Assembly (NCBI RefSeq): GCF_006345805.1
Contig: NW_021834286.1
Location: forward strand, 1-64,000
Length of the DNA stretch: 64,000 nt
Origin: Octopus sinensis
Taxonomy: Eukaryota
Direction: 5' to 3'
A model generated the notes under the pieces. That model had not been told where the DNA came from and did not search any database. It was given only the letters and a program-made list of their open reading frames with translations. This document shows, one piece after another, positions 30,839 through 43,704 of the stretch; the stretch's first letter is position 1; each line of letters begins with the position of its first letter. The position numbers were made by a program, and so were the translations under genes.

Positions 30839-31914
30839 GTATGTATATATATATATGTATGTATATGTATATATGTATATATATATACGTACTTATATAT
30901 GTGAGTGTATATGCATGTGCTGTGTGTATAAAGGAATGTATAAGTGTGTAAATATATATATATATAATATATAATATATATATTATATATATATATGCGT
31001 ATGCCTGTATCTACTTATATATGTATATATTATATTAAATTATATATATATATATAATATACATATAAACGTGTGTATATATTTGCGTCAAAGAAATGTT
31101 AGGAGGGGGTGAAGAACAATTTTCAAAGATCTACCCCCTTAATATATACGTCTGTAAACATGTATACACACACACGCATATATATATATTTATATAGATA
31201 GATATATGTATGCATATATATACATACAGACATACATATATATATACATGTATGCATGTATATACATTTTTTATTAATTAAGACGTTTCTATAATGTACA
31301 TGTATTAAGTAGCTTCCACGTATATGGCATGTATATATATATATGTACATATATATACATGTATGCATGTAACAATTATACAGATTGAGAGAGAGGAGTA
31401 GAAAGTATGGTAGAGAGAGAGAGGGAGGGAGAAAGAAAGAGAGCGGTAAGGAAAATAATTCCATACATATTTTTTTGTGCCTGACATAGTAATGTCTTAG
31501 ATGTCTAAGGTTTGTGCGTGATATTAAAGTGAGTCGTGTCTTTCATTCTTATTATCATTTTGATAATCAACAGTTTGTCCAATTAATTTTTTACGCTATT
31601 CTTTATGCTATATGTCTCATCTAAATCAACCGATATATATTCAAAGCACTTTCATCTATAACCACTACTTTTTCTTTTACATCTTCCATCGTCCCAACAT
31701 CTATGCAATGAGTGTTGCCATGTCTAAATACTTAGTGGTACGTCTTTGCTGCTTTTAATGTCTAAAGGCTGATTGTTTTCTTTGGTGCGGCGTGATCATG
31801 TAAATCTCTTTATTTTTTGCTTTGTTTGAATTTAGTTTTTTTTCTCCATTCCCGCAGATAAATCTTGGGTCAAGACACCTTTCATTAATGCTCTTTCATG
31901 TCCACCCTAGTGAA

Positions 31915-32292
31915 GGGTGAACTGGGAGAACAGTTAGCACGCTGTTTGACATGCTTAATCGTATTTCGTATGTCGTTGTGTTCTGAGTTCAAATTCCGCC
32001 GAGGCCGACACTCCTTTCATTCTTTAGGGTCGATAAATTAAATACTATTGGGGTCGGTGTATCGACAATTCACTCCCCATAATTTAGTAGAAAGGATCTA
32101 ATTGTTGTAGTTGCTGTTGTTATTGCGAAGTGTGAGCTGGAAGAAAAGTTAGCACGTCGAGCAAAGTATTCCGAGTTCGAATTCCGCCGAGGTCGACTTT
32201 GTCTTTCATCCTTTCATGATCGATGAATTGAGTACCCTTCCCACAAATTTGTGGGTTTGTGCCAATACCTGGAAGGATTATTATTATTATTG

Positions 32293-32345
<53 letters not shown>

Positions 32346-32790
32346 GCGATGATGTCGAGCTGGCAGAATCATTTTCGTGTCGGACAAAATGCTTAGCGGT
32401 GCTCTACTCCGTCCGTCATTTCACTCAGACTGCAAATTCTGCCGAGGTCAAATTTGAGTTTCATCCTTTCGGGATAGTTAAAAATAAGTACCAGTTGAGT
32501 ATTCGAGTCGTTGTAATAGACTTAGCCCTCCATTGAAATTCCTGGTCTTGAGGCAAAATTTCAAATCACGATTATCATTATTTTTCAAGGCGGTGTTCTA
32601 GTACAATAAGAAGTACACCGTGCAAAATATTTAGCCGCATTTTATGCCGTGTTAATGTTCTGGGTGACGTTCTCACAAAATTATCCTGCCTTTTCACCTT
32701 TTGTACAAGCGTACCAGTCAATTACTGGGGTCAATATGTTTGAATTTTCCCTGTACCCCAAATTTCAGGCCTTGCGCCTATGATACAAAA
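31915..32790 (+). mobile_element. chain of four diverged SINE family C copies separated by (TTA/TTG)n tails
   Basis: Repeated ctgg.agaa..gttagcacg...gagttc.aattccgccgaggtcgac...ttcatcctttc starting near 31915, 32130, 32350 and 32585. Confidence 0.85.
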
Positions 32791-32897
32791 TACTTTATTA
32801 TTACTTTTTACTAGACACAGGGTTCCATGGCTATCGTTATACTTCACGCTATATGAAGTGTTGATGTAGTTTATATTGTAAAGATATGGGAGTAAAT

Positions 32898-32938
<41 letters not shown>

Positions 32939-32939
32939 G

Positions 32940-33125
32940 TCAGTTCAAATAAACGAAAAACAAAAAGAAAACCAATGAGCGTGAGAATGTACACAAGAAG
33001 TGTATTAGCTTAATGCTCGGTGATAGGAGAAATGTTAACGTTTCGAGCAAACTCTACGTCGGAAAGGAGAAAGGGAAAAGTGAAAAGAAAGAGAAAAATC
33101 GCCAACGGCTCACATGTAGTTAGAT
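32940..33125 (-). mobile_element. Penelope-like pLTR fragment with degenerate hammerhead (33033-33068)
   Basis: Minus strand cttt-CCGACGT-A-GAG tttg CTC-GAAA-CG-TT-aac; layout related to the 10140 and 43030 copies. Confidence 0.55.
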
Positions 33126-33198
33126 TACTGAAGTACACACACACACACACATACACACACAGATACACACACACACATACACACACACTCTCTCACAA

Positions 33199-33245
<47 letters not shown>

Positions 33246-33248
<3 letters not shown>

Positions 33249-33880
33249 AAACAAGCTCCTCTCCTAGGGATGTAAAACATCCAATTTTAATACCCAATAT
33301 AGTTGAAAAAAACTTTCTCGAATACAAATAGGTACGTATACAAAATATATAATATTAACATGGAAATGGATAGTTTAAACTGACTTATGTTAATTCATTA
33401 ATATAATATTATATTCTGATTGTAAAATTTAAAATATAGTCCCTACAATTGTTTCAATTGAAACCCCAATATCAAAAATTCATGTTATAGAAATATTTGA
33501 GTAAGAATCCCATCAGGCTAAACTAGACGAAAGCCACATATGAGAAACCTGAAATCGTAAAACAGACTGAATTAATATATGTTTATGTTTGTCAGTGTGA
33601 GCGCCAATCCTTAAATTTAAAACAATATGGCTACTGACGCTCACACTTGTATACAAATGTATGTATTCATTCAGTCTGTTTTACAATTTTAGATTTCTCA
33701 TATGTGGTTTTCTTTCAGTTAACCCTGATGAGATTCTTACACAAATATTTCAATAATATGAATTTTGGGTTTTGGGATTTGAATTGAAACAATTGTAGGG
33801 AATCTATTTAATTTTACATTATAATGTCTATATAATATTATGTCAATAAATTAACGTCAGTTTAAACACTCCATTTTCCT
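33246..33880. mobile_element. inverted pair of Penelope-like pLTR arms (fold-back), each with a long-stem-II hammerhead motif
   Basis: About 33362-33605 is an imperfect reverse complement of about 33636-33879; plus arm CTGATGA-gattc...gaatt-GAAA-CAATTG-TA-ggg (33723-33800), minus arm at 33441-33518. Confidence 0.75.
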
Positions 33881-34160
33881 ATTATATGTATATATATATA
33901 TATGTGTGTGTGTGTGTACGCATGTGTGTATGAGTGCATGTATCTGGGGGGGTGCATCTGTGTGCATGTATTCATATGTAAATATGAACGAATACAAGAT
34001 AGGACACAATGCCATTTTAGAAATTAACGATAATTTACTTTGGTCGAGCCTGTGTCCTGCTGCTGCCTCGAGTCAAGAAAACACTCACATATACTTAATT
34101 ATATAAATATATATGCTTGTGACATATTGACCTAGGATTTGTCAAACAATCACATATATT

Positions 34161-34197
<37 letters not shown>

Positions 34198-34222
34198 AAC
34201 ATACATGCATAATTACATAAGG

Positions 34223-34300
34223 CAGTACTTTTCAACCTTTTTGCTGGAGTGGAACCCAAAAGAAACATTCCACTGGCTCGAGGAACCCCTGTGCAATAAT
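34223..34300 (+). mobile_element. hAT (Charlie-like) terminal fragment
   Basis: CAGTACTTTTCAACCTTTTT...GGAACCC...GGAACCCCTG resembles Charlie-type TIR and subterminal motifs; no partner TIR found. Confidence 0.45.
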
Positions 34301-34683
34301 TTAATTGTCTTATGCAAAAAAACACCATTTGATTAATGAAAAGAAAATATGTCATAAGGTGTATCGTTCCAGGGAAAACAAATTGATCGTATATATTTGT
34401 ATTGATGTAGATCACATTTTATATTTCGAAATATCTACCTCACAAAACATTCGAAGAACATAGTTGTTGATTTGTTGGATAGTTTGGTAATGACAACGTT
34501 CTAATTACCATAATATACAGAGGGAAATTTCAATAGTTTTTTCATATATGCATACTTATTATTCTCACCTCCACTCTCATCATATTGATATAAACAGACA
34601 CATGTACATAGAGAGAGATGTACATATTCAGATATACATACAAACACAGATGCATATTATGTGTGTATACATATGTATATAAT

Positions 34684-35040
34684 CGCAGGTGTGACTATGT
34701 GGTAAGAAGCTTGCTCCCCAACAATATGCTTCCGGGTCCAGTCCGAACTGCGTGGCACATTGGGCAAGTGTTTGTTGTAGCCTCAGGCTATATATATAGC
34801 AGTCCGTCGTATATATATATAGGTATATATTTATCCGTGTGTCTTTGTGCCTGTGTAAGGCCCGCAACCGCGTGTTGGTGTGTTTTTTGTCCCCGTAACT
34901 TAGCGGATCGGCAGGGGAAACCGATAGAATAAGTACCAGGCTTAAAAAGAACAAGTCCACAGGTCGACTTATCTAATAAAAGGCGATGGTCCAACATGGC
35001 CCCAGTCAAGTGACTGAAACATGTAAAAGAATAAAAGAAA
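34684..35040 (+). mobile_element. SINE family A with internal deletion
   Basis: gtggtaagaagcttgct...ccgtaacttagcgg...ccgatagaataagtaccaggctt...tgactgaaacatgtaaaagaa. Confidence 0.87.
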
Positions 35041-35064
35041 CATATACATATATACATACATACG

Positions 35065-35139
<75 letters not shown>

Positions 35140-35639
35140 GAAGAGATTGATCTAAGAAGCGGTTTCACTTTTTATCTGCAGAATTCTGCACACTCTCCTT
35201 GTTTTTTTTTCTCTAAAAATCAGAAACAGACAGAGATTTTGCTTGTGCGATTTTATTTTGTTTCTAAGTTGTAAACAGTATTCTATTAGATTTTACTGCT
35301 TCATTTTTATTTGTTCCTTCTGAAAAAAATGGTGTGTATGTTATTTTTTTTTTTTTAATTAATTGCATTTAACAGATCTTTAAGTATGAATTAGGATGTC
35401 ACGAATCTCAGCTAGTCAATCTACCTGTTGCTTGTATGGTTGTCGCATCCCCCCACACACTCATCCACATACAGACTGAGACACACACACATTCACATAT
35501 ACATATATATATATATATTAATTCTACATAATCGTATATATGTATATATATATATATATGTGTGTGTGGATCACTATACACACAGCTCTCTCTCTTTCTC
35601 TCTATCTCTATCTATATACTACTACTACTACTACTACTC

Positions 35640-35724
<85 letters not shown>

Positions 35725-35861
35725 TCTAAACACCCTAACAATACAATGCCATACAGATATGTAATATTATATATATATGCATGCAAATATAGCGATACTA
35801 TGTAGACATATATGTGCAAATATATTCATATATAGGCAGGCAGACAGACAGACAGACAGAC

Positions 35862-35897
<36 letters not shown>

Positions 35898-35959
35898 GGA
35901 TAGATAAATAGATAGATAGATAGATAGATAAATAGACAAACAAAAAGACAGATAGAGAC

Positions 35960-36018
<59 letters not shown>

Positions 36019-36555
36019 AAGAGAATAATGTATGCTGTGTACATAATTACAATGATTATTACATAAGTTACTGGTTGGCCGAAAAATTAAAGCTATATAC
36101 AACATAACATCATTATGCATTTATATATGTAGATAATACATATGTATGTGTGACTATGCAGAGATATCTACGTATATCTATACAGCTGTGCGTCTGTCCG
36201 TGAGCATATTTGTGTACGTGTGTATGTGTTTGTATGTGTGTGTATGTGTTTGTATGTGTGTGTGTATGTGTGTGTGTGGTATAATGACAGACAAAGAGAG
36301 GAAGTGAGATAGAGATATGATTAAATATTTAAATAGGCAGGTAGGCATATAGGTAAAAATCTGATTATGATAGTTTGAAGCAGAGAAAATGGTGAGTGGA
36401 CGAGTGAGAGCAGTTATGCTTGTAGATATAAATTTGTATGATGCCCCACCCAACAACAAAAAAAGAAAAACGGAGTACATTTGAAGAATGTTGACAAGTT
36501 TTATGCACATTATATATGCATGCATATCGACATATATACATATATTCATATACAT

Positions 36556-36593
<38 letters not shown>

Positions 36594-36695
36594 TGAATAT
36601 ATATACATATATTCATATAATGTATTATATATGTATATATATATGAATATATATATATATATACATATATGTATATAGGTATATAATATATGCAT

Positions 36696-36740
<45 letters not shown>

Positions 36741-36831
36741 GTATTTGCATATATACACACACTCTCTCTCTCTCACTCGCTCTCTCTCTCTCGTTTATTG
36801 TTATTTTTTCTCTCTCCTCTTTCGTCGCCAG

Positions 36832-36834
36832 GCT
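36832..36834 (+). other. candidate 3-nt microexon (GCT)
   Basis: Long pyrimidine tract ttttttctctctcctctttcgtcgccAG, then GCT, then perfect donor GTGAGT; all three frames reading past the donor stop within 24 nt. Confidence 0.4.
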
Positions 36835-37339
36835 GTGAGTAGAGAATGGTGTTAGTATTGGCAAGCATTAGCTAAACATTACCTAAGGTGATTGCAACAT
36901 GTAGAAGCGAGAGACAGTAGCACTAACATCTCTGCTTTGATACCGGGTGGCTGCTACTGGAGGCGTTATCTGTTGTAGGTGTTGCAGATAAAGTAGGAAA
37001 TCGAGAGAATAAAAATAGAAAAGAAGAACAAGGAAAGATAGAGATGATACCGGAGGGTTAGGAGGATGTGTCGTCGGAACCATAGCTTAGGAGAAGAGGA
37101 GGATGGATGGATGGATGGATGGATGGATGGAAGTGGTCGAGGTATATTTTTTTTATTTGGAATATGTGTGTCTATATATATGTCTGTGTGTGTCAGTGCG
37201 TGAGAGGGTGTGTGCATGCATGTGCACGTCTGTGTGTTCGTGTGTGAATTTATGTATGTGTGTGAATGTATGTATGTGTGTATATATACTTACATACCTA
37301 CACTAATTTATGTGTATATACGGGTAGCTTTTGTTTTAT

Positions 37340-37373
<34 letters not shown>

Positions 37374-38339
37374 ATATAATATAATATATATATATATACA
37401 CCTGCCACTGATATGACTATAAAGGTACGTACATATACACATATATGCATCATATGTGCACAATTTAATATATTATATACGTATAAATATGTATATACTA
37501 TATATAGCCATATTGATATATTGTACGTATAATTATATATAGATATATACCTATATATATACATAAATATATATATATATTATATATGCATACACATATA
37601 TATGCCCACTCACACGCATGCATTCACGCGTACAAACACACACACACGTTCCTATTAATAATCAAGCACAGACCTATTATCGTACGTATAATAGCAGGTG
37701 TGCGATTGCTATTAATTAATTAATTGCAATTAATTTTGAAAAAGAAATATTTCCCTATGAATTACAGCTATTAATTAACATCAAATTATCTATTAGCATC
37801 CATAATACTATTAGTATTTATAAATCTATAAACAAAGAACATCTATATTATTGTAGTTCTTTATTTCAGTCTTACTGTCTCCAAGACTGTAATGTCCTCC
37901 TGCCAACGTCCTTCAGGTGTTTTTGAGAATTTTAAGACGGTAAGGTGTGAACTATGAAAGATTTAGCTGTCATTTGCTGTACATCAAACCTCTGCATGGC
38001 TTGATAATAAACGTCTAAATGTTTGTGTGACTTTGTGAAACGTAGGTGGCAATATTTCTTCATAAGAGTGAAGCTTTGTATCAATTTAATGGTTAACAAA
38101 AAATATACGCCTTTAGATAACATGCTCTATGTGTGTGTGTCTGTTTGTGTGTGTGTGTGTGAGTGTGTGTGTGCGTGTGTGTGTGTGTGTAAATATACAT
38201 ATAACATATATATATATATACACACACATTGTTGATTCTTGAGACATGTGTATATGTAATCACGTGTGAATATATTGCAATGCTTCAGTGTATGAGTGTA
38301 TAAATCTCTGTGTACGTATGAATGTGTTTATACATACAT

Positions 38340-38389
<50 letters not shown>

Positions 38390-39749
38390 TTGTTGATTCT
38401 GGGGACATGGGTATATGTAATCACGTGTGAATATGATAGTGTTTCAATTTGTGAGTGTATTAGTATGTGTGTGTGTGTGTGGTGTGTGTGTGTGTGTGTG
38501 TGTGTGTTTCTGATGAGGTGGTCACCGTCTCTTCATTACCCTTCAGTATTGCTCTAATCTTAATGACATAATATTAATACCAACACATTGGTGACCATAA
38601 CACCTTTTTTTTTTTTTAGTTTTTTCCTTCATACTCCACTCTCTCGTTTCAATTTTTCGTTACTACATTTTTTTTACACAGCTATTCTTACTTAGAACTC
38701 TATTTCCCGATATTTCGTTTATTTTACGAAAACCGTATTGTCTGCTTTGAGGGCAGTTTCGCTGGGTTTTTTTTTTCAAGGACCACGAGTGAGATTTTAG
38801 AGAACTGTCAATGCTATATTTTCTGTTATGGTGATGAGCTATGCCAATGGTAGTGATGGTGCTGCTGATGATTAGTGAGTGTTTTTAGTGTGGATGATGC
38901 AGTCTGTTGTGATTCTTAACCGTTTGTTTGTTTGTTTTTTTCTTTTATTAATTTTTTTGTACATGGCGTTCCTGAATAGAAACGTTCATACATACATACA
39001 TGCATTGCAGAATTTACGTACCTAACTACATACCACCCTTCCCCGCTCACTCCCTCTCTCCCTACCTACCTCCTTCCATTACTCCCTCCCCTTCTCATAC
39101 ACGCAAGCCTACATACTTACATACAACCTATATGCATATATATATATATATATATATCAGAGATAGCTGTTTAATGTATCGCATATATGTATATGCTTAT
39201 ATTATATACTTTATATATATATATATATATATATTATATTATATATATATATTATATACATACACATTATATATATATATATATGCATATATATATGCAC
39301 ATAAATAGTTATGCTTATTTCCATTCATACATAATGATACATGATACATATTAATAATGTCGGTAATATGTAACATAGACGTACATAATTATATATGTAT
39401 ATATATATATATATACATATACATATGTGTGAATAAATGTACATGTTTGTGGGTATGTATTATGTATGTATATCTGTAGATTGAGTGACAAATTAGGAAA
39501 CAGTGCAATATCGATAGAAAGGTATGTATGTTGATTGCTATACTTAGATATAACTACTCGCATACAGTTCTGTGTGTATGTGTATTCATACATACACAAT
39601 ACATACATATATATATATATATATATATGAGTGTTTATATGTATATATATATATGTGTGTATATGCAGACAAGACACATGCATTACATACATAGACGTGT
39701 GCTGTGGGTGTGTCATTGCATTAATGCTGATAGCATTGTGGTACACATG

Positions 39750-40668
39750 TAGCTGCAACAATGGTTGTGGTGATAGTGACAGTGGAGGCAGCGGTGTGGC
39801 GACTGCTTTGAAGTCTAGTAGCTTTCACAATACTAATGACATCGGTGATAATGACAGGGAGGTGGAGATGGAGGTGGAGGAGGAAGAGGAGGCAAAGGGG
39901 GAGGGGAGTAGAAAGAAGTAGGAGGAGGAGGAGGTGGTGTGGGAGGAGTTGATAGACGAAGCGAATCGGAATTAATTCTGCGTGGAGTGCTGTAATGATG
40001 ATTAAGAAGAGGGGGATGACGATGAGGAGGAGGAGGAAGAGGATAAGAGGAATGTATGAGAAAGGGCGGGAGGAATAGATTAACAGCCACGATGAATATT
40101 TTGAGGTGAATGTATGATGTGGTCGTTGGATGACGAGGAAGATTATAAAGAATCGAAAGATGACTGCAATGGTTTTCATTGAAGCTGTTGTTGATGATGT
40201 TGATGGTGATGATGATGATGATGATGATGGTGATGATTCTCCTCACCCTCTTTCTCCCCCTCCTGTTCTTCCGCATCGTTGTCGATCTCATTGCCAACTT
40301 CCTCATTACTCTCGACGTCAACATCATCATCGTCATCGCCATCGTCATCGGTATCATCACAACTGGCATCATCAGCATCATCATTTTCATTGTCGTCATT
40401 ATCATCATCATCAATATCACCTTCATCGCCACCACTGTCGTCAACGTCACCCTGTTCGTGTTTGGCGTCGTTATCATCATCGTCAACTGCATCATCATCA
40501 TCATCATCATTAGCAGCAGCGACAGCAGCATCGTCATTATTATCAACATCGTCGTGGTCGCTGTCATGGTCGTCGTCAACATTATCATCATCGTTATCAT
40601 CATCATCATCATCATCGTCATCATCATCATCATCATCATCATCGACAGAATCATCATCATCATCATCA

Positions 40669-40699
<31 letters not shown>

Positions 40700-41031
40700 T
40701 GTCGGCGTCATCATCATCATCATCATCATCATCATCGTCGTCGTCGGCGTCATCATCATGATCATTTTTACTTTCCCCATCACCATCAACCTCATCGTCG
40801 TCGTCTTCATCCTCAGCGTCATCATCATTATCGAGTCGTTTACCGATCGCTATGCTATCTACATGCCCATGTCACGTATATTACATATAATTATATATAT
40901 ATACTGTTGCATATTGCATAGTAATCGTGTTGTGTAATAAACAATATTTCAGTTAATACGTCCGAATGCGAAAACGACTGCGATGACGACGACGACGATG
41001 ATGACGATGACGATGATGATGATGATAATGG

Positions 41032-41077
<46 letters not shown>

Positions 41078-41102
41078 GATGATGGTGATGATGATGATGA
41101 TA

Positions 41103-41141
<39 letters not shown>

Positions 41142-41272
41142 GAGGTGGTAGTTCTGGTGGTGGTTGTGGGGAGAGGTGGTAATGATGGTAATGAGCATGG
41201 CGTTAGTGGAGTTTGTGCTGTGTGCTTCGGGGGTGTTGGTTCTAATGATGATGATGATGGTGGTAGTGATGA

Positions 41273-41306
<34 letters not shown>

Positions 41307-41560
41307 TGTAATGATGACGGTGAATACTACTACTTCAACGACTACTACGATGATGGTGACGATGATGATGATGATGAGGAGGAGGATGGGGATGAAAACG
41401 ACGAAAAAATCTAAATATAGACTAGAAACACTCTCCATATTGTTTATTTTTGTTGTAGTTGCTGGTGCAGTTGTTTAAGTTGTTGTTCCAATTGTTGGTG
41501 TTGTTGTTGATATTCTTATTGTCCCAGTTATAGTTGCTATTCTATTTTATGTCCTAGAAT
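39750..41560. repeat. cryptic trinucleotide low-complexity block (GAT/GAG/GGT versus CAT/CGT) with alternating strand polarity
   Basis: GNN-type on + at about 39760-40235, on - at about 40240-40830, on + again at about 40980-41400. Confidence 0.9.
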
Positions 41561-41599
41561 ATTGTCGCAGCGCGAGAGATTTTTTTTTTTTCTTTTCTT

Positions 41600-42470
41600 A
41601 ATATCATTGCAGTGTCATTATTTATATTTTTTATCTTTTATTCCTTTAACAGAAGAGAATATGCTGTTTCCGTGAACACCGTGTCTGCTGAAAAAAAAAA
41701 AAGAGAAAAAATGGAAGAGTTTAACCTGCCACCGCTTCATCGACCAGAATGCTCACAACACAGTCGATTCCGCAAAAGCATTTACGAGTCAATGGTAACA
41801 GAAATCCGGACAATGTTTTTATTGTCTTACACGCCCACCATTTCTTTCGTTGCTTTTTTCTTTAATTGCTTAATTTATTCGGGAAGAGGCATGGTCTAGA
41901 GTTTAGTGTGTTGCATTCACGATTACAAAATCGCAGTTTCGATCCCCAGAATGGCTGTGCCTGGAGTTTCGCCTATTTTTTCTTCTCTTTGTTGCATTTC
42001 CTGTTTATGTTCTTCATTTCTCGTTGCTGCAGTTCACCTTGCGACGGACGGGCGTTCTTTCAGAAAATATTCTGCCGGCCGTCCTAGCCACAAGGCATCA
42101 TTCGAAAGCTAGTACAATACCAAGAAGTGCAAAGTGACAAGTAGTGTATAACAGCATCTGAAATCTGGTCAATACGCTCATTTAACTTTACCTTAATTGT
42201 TCTCATCAGCTGTGCCACAAACACGTTTTTGCTAAATACCTAGCAACACATTTTGGGCGGAAGTAATTTGTGGCGTTTGAGGAATCTGTGCATTTTGCAC
42301 TTATCTTTGTAGTACAAGATGCGTTTCCTTTCACATCAGGCGCAAACTTTAATTGTTTTCGTTCTTGCAATTTCTTGCAATAGAGAGTCGTGTTGCAGTC
42401 AAGTGCCCCATCCAATTTTAGTGATTGTATCATTTTAGCTTCTAATTTTTTAATTTCAGTTATTGAAGCA
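41600..42470 (-). mobile_element. Tc1/mariner (maT/DD37D-like) transposase pseudogene, interrupted by a SINE head
   Basis: Minus-strand order RTIKVKLNERI, RIFSER..VNCSNE (cf. LFSDEK..N.QND), EMVGV (cf. VMVWG), VNA, FFQQ (cf. FQQDGA). Confidence 0.6.
41887..41960 (+). mobile_element. decayed tRNA-derived SINE head
   Basis: TGGTCTAGAGT (A-box-like)...GTTTCGATCCC (B-box-like), similar to the family B head. Confidence 0.55.
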
Positions 42471-42479
42471 CCCCCATGG

Positions 42480-42541
<62 letters not shown>

Positions 42542-42674
42542 TACAAGAAATTACAGGGTAAATGTTTTTATTCCTGTTTACGGAATTAATCTTTATTTGC
42601 GGTAGAAGCTTTGGCTGTTATTTCTAGTGTGAATGGCCTATTATGGCCGTTCCTTAATTGTTAATATATATATA

Positions 42675-42728
<54 letters not shown>

Positions 42729-42747
42729 ATATATATATAACAATTCT

Positions 42748-42965
42748 TTTCATGTTTTCATTCTTTTATTTGTTTCAGTCATGTGACTGTGGCCATGCTG
42801 GAGCACCAAATTTAGTCGAACAAATGGATCCCAGAACTTATTCTTTATAAGTCTGGTATTTATTCTGTAGAACTCATTTTGCCGAATCTCTAGTTTTCGG
42901 GAACCTAAACACTTCAACATCAGTTGCCAAGTGATGATGGGGTGGGGGCAAAAACAAAGACACAC
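42748..42965 (-). mobile_element. SINE family A 3' half
   Basis: tgtttcagtcatgtgactgtggccatgctggagcacc...tttagtcga...ggggcaaaaacaaagacac. Confidence 0.8.
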
Positions 42966-43029
42966 AAACATATATATATATATAATATATATATATATAT
43001 TATATATATATATATATAATATATATATA

Positions 43030-43175
43030 TACAAAGGGAAAGTTTACGAAGGCAGGTGGAGTACAAACAAATGTATTAGAATAGCGCACAGGAATAGAAA
43101 TAGAAAAAGTCTTTTACGTTTCGAGCCTACGCTCTTCGACAGAAAGATACACAGAAAAAAACAAGGAGAGAAAAA
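43030..43175 (-). mobile_element. Penelope-like pLTR fragment between (TA)n tracts
   Basis: Reverse-complement homolog of 10195-10340. Confidence 0.7.
43110..43147 (-). ncRNA. minimal type-I hammerhead ribozyme motif, U6 core variant
   Basis: tcttt-CTGTCGA-A-GAGC gtag GCTC-GAAA-CG-TA-aaaga: perfect 5-bp stem I, 4-bp stem II, palindromic ACGT stem III, GUA triplet. Confidence 0.72.
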
Positions 43176-43250
43176 ATATATATATATACATATATACGTA
43201 TATATATACATACACACACATACACACACACACACGTATATATATATATA

Positions 43251-43557
43251 TCACATGATCACATGACTAACCAGGCCATCAGATGTTGCTACACATCGCT
43301 GGTCACAATGCACTTCGCATTGTTTTAGCTCCCAATGACGCCACCTCGCTCGCTATGCGAGCAGGCCAACAGAGGAAAGAGTGAGAGAAAGTTATGGCGA
43401 AAGAGTACAGCAGGGATCGCCACCATCCCCTGCGGAGCCTCGTGGTGCTTCTAGGTATTTTCGCTCAATAAACATTCACAAGGCCCCGTCTGGGAATCGA
43501 AACCGCGATCCTACGACCGCGAGTCCGCTGCCCTAACCACTGGGCCATTGCACCTCC
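43251..43557 (-). mobile_element. SINE family B, full length
   Basis: Reverse complement of the 28580-28858 family. Confidence 0.92.
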
Positions 43558-43582
43558 GCACACACACACGCATACACACACG

Positions 43583-43646
<64 letters not shown>

Positions 43647-43650
43647 ATAT

Positions 43651-43704
<54 letters not shown>

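Noticed and set aside
38505-38535. CTGATGA-GGTG-gt-CACC
   Set aside because: Followed by GTCT instead of GAAA; no stem III or stem I
41653-42137. Apparent two-exon + strand gene (acceptor 41652, ATG 41711 MEEFNLPPLHRPEC..., donor 41795, acceptor 42032)
   Set aside because: Lies antisense to a transposase remnant (FSDE/VMVWG/FQQD-like motifs) and gives only a 62-aa product with no recognisable domain; exonisation is not excluded without RNA data
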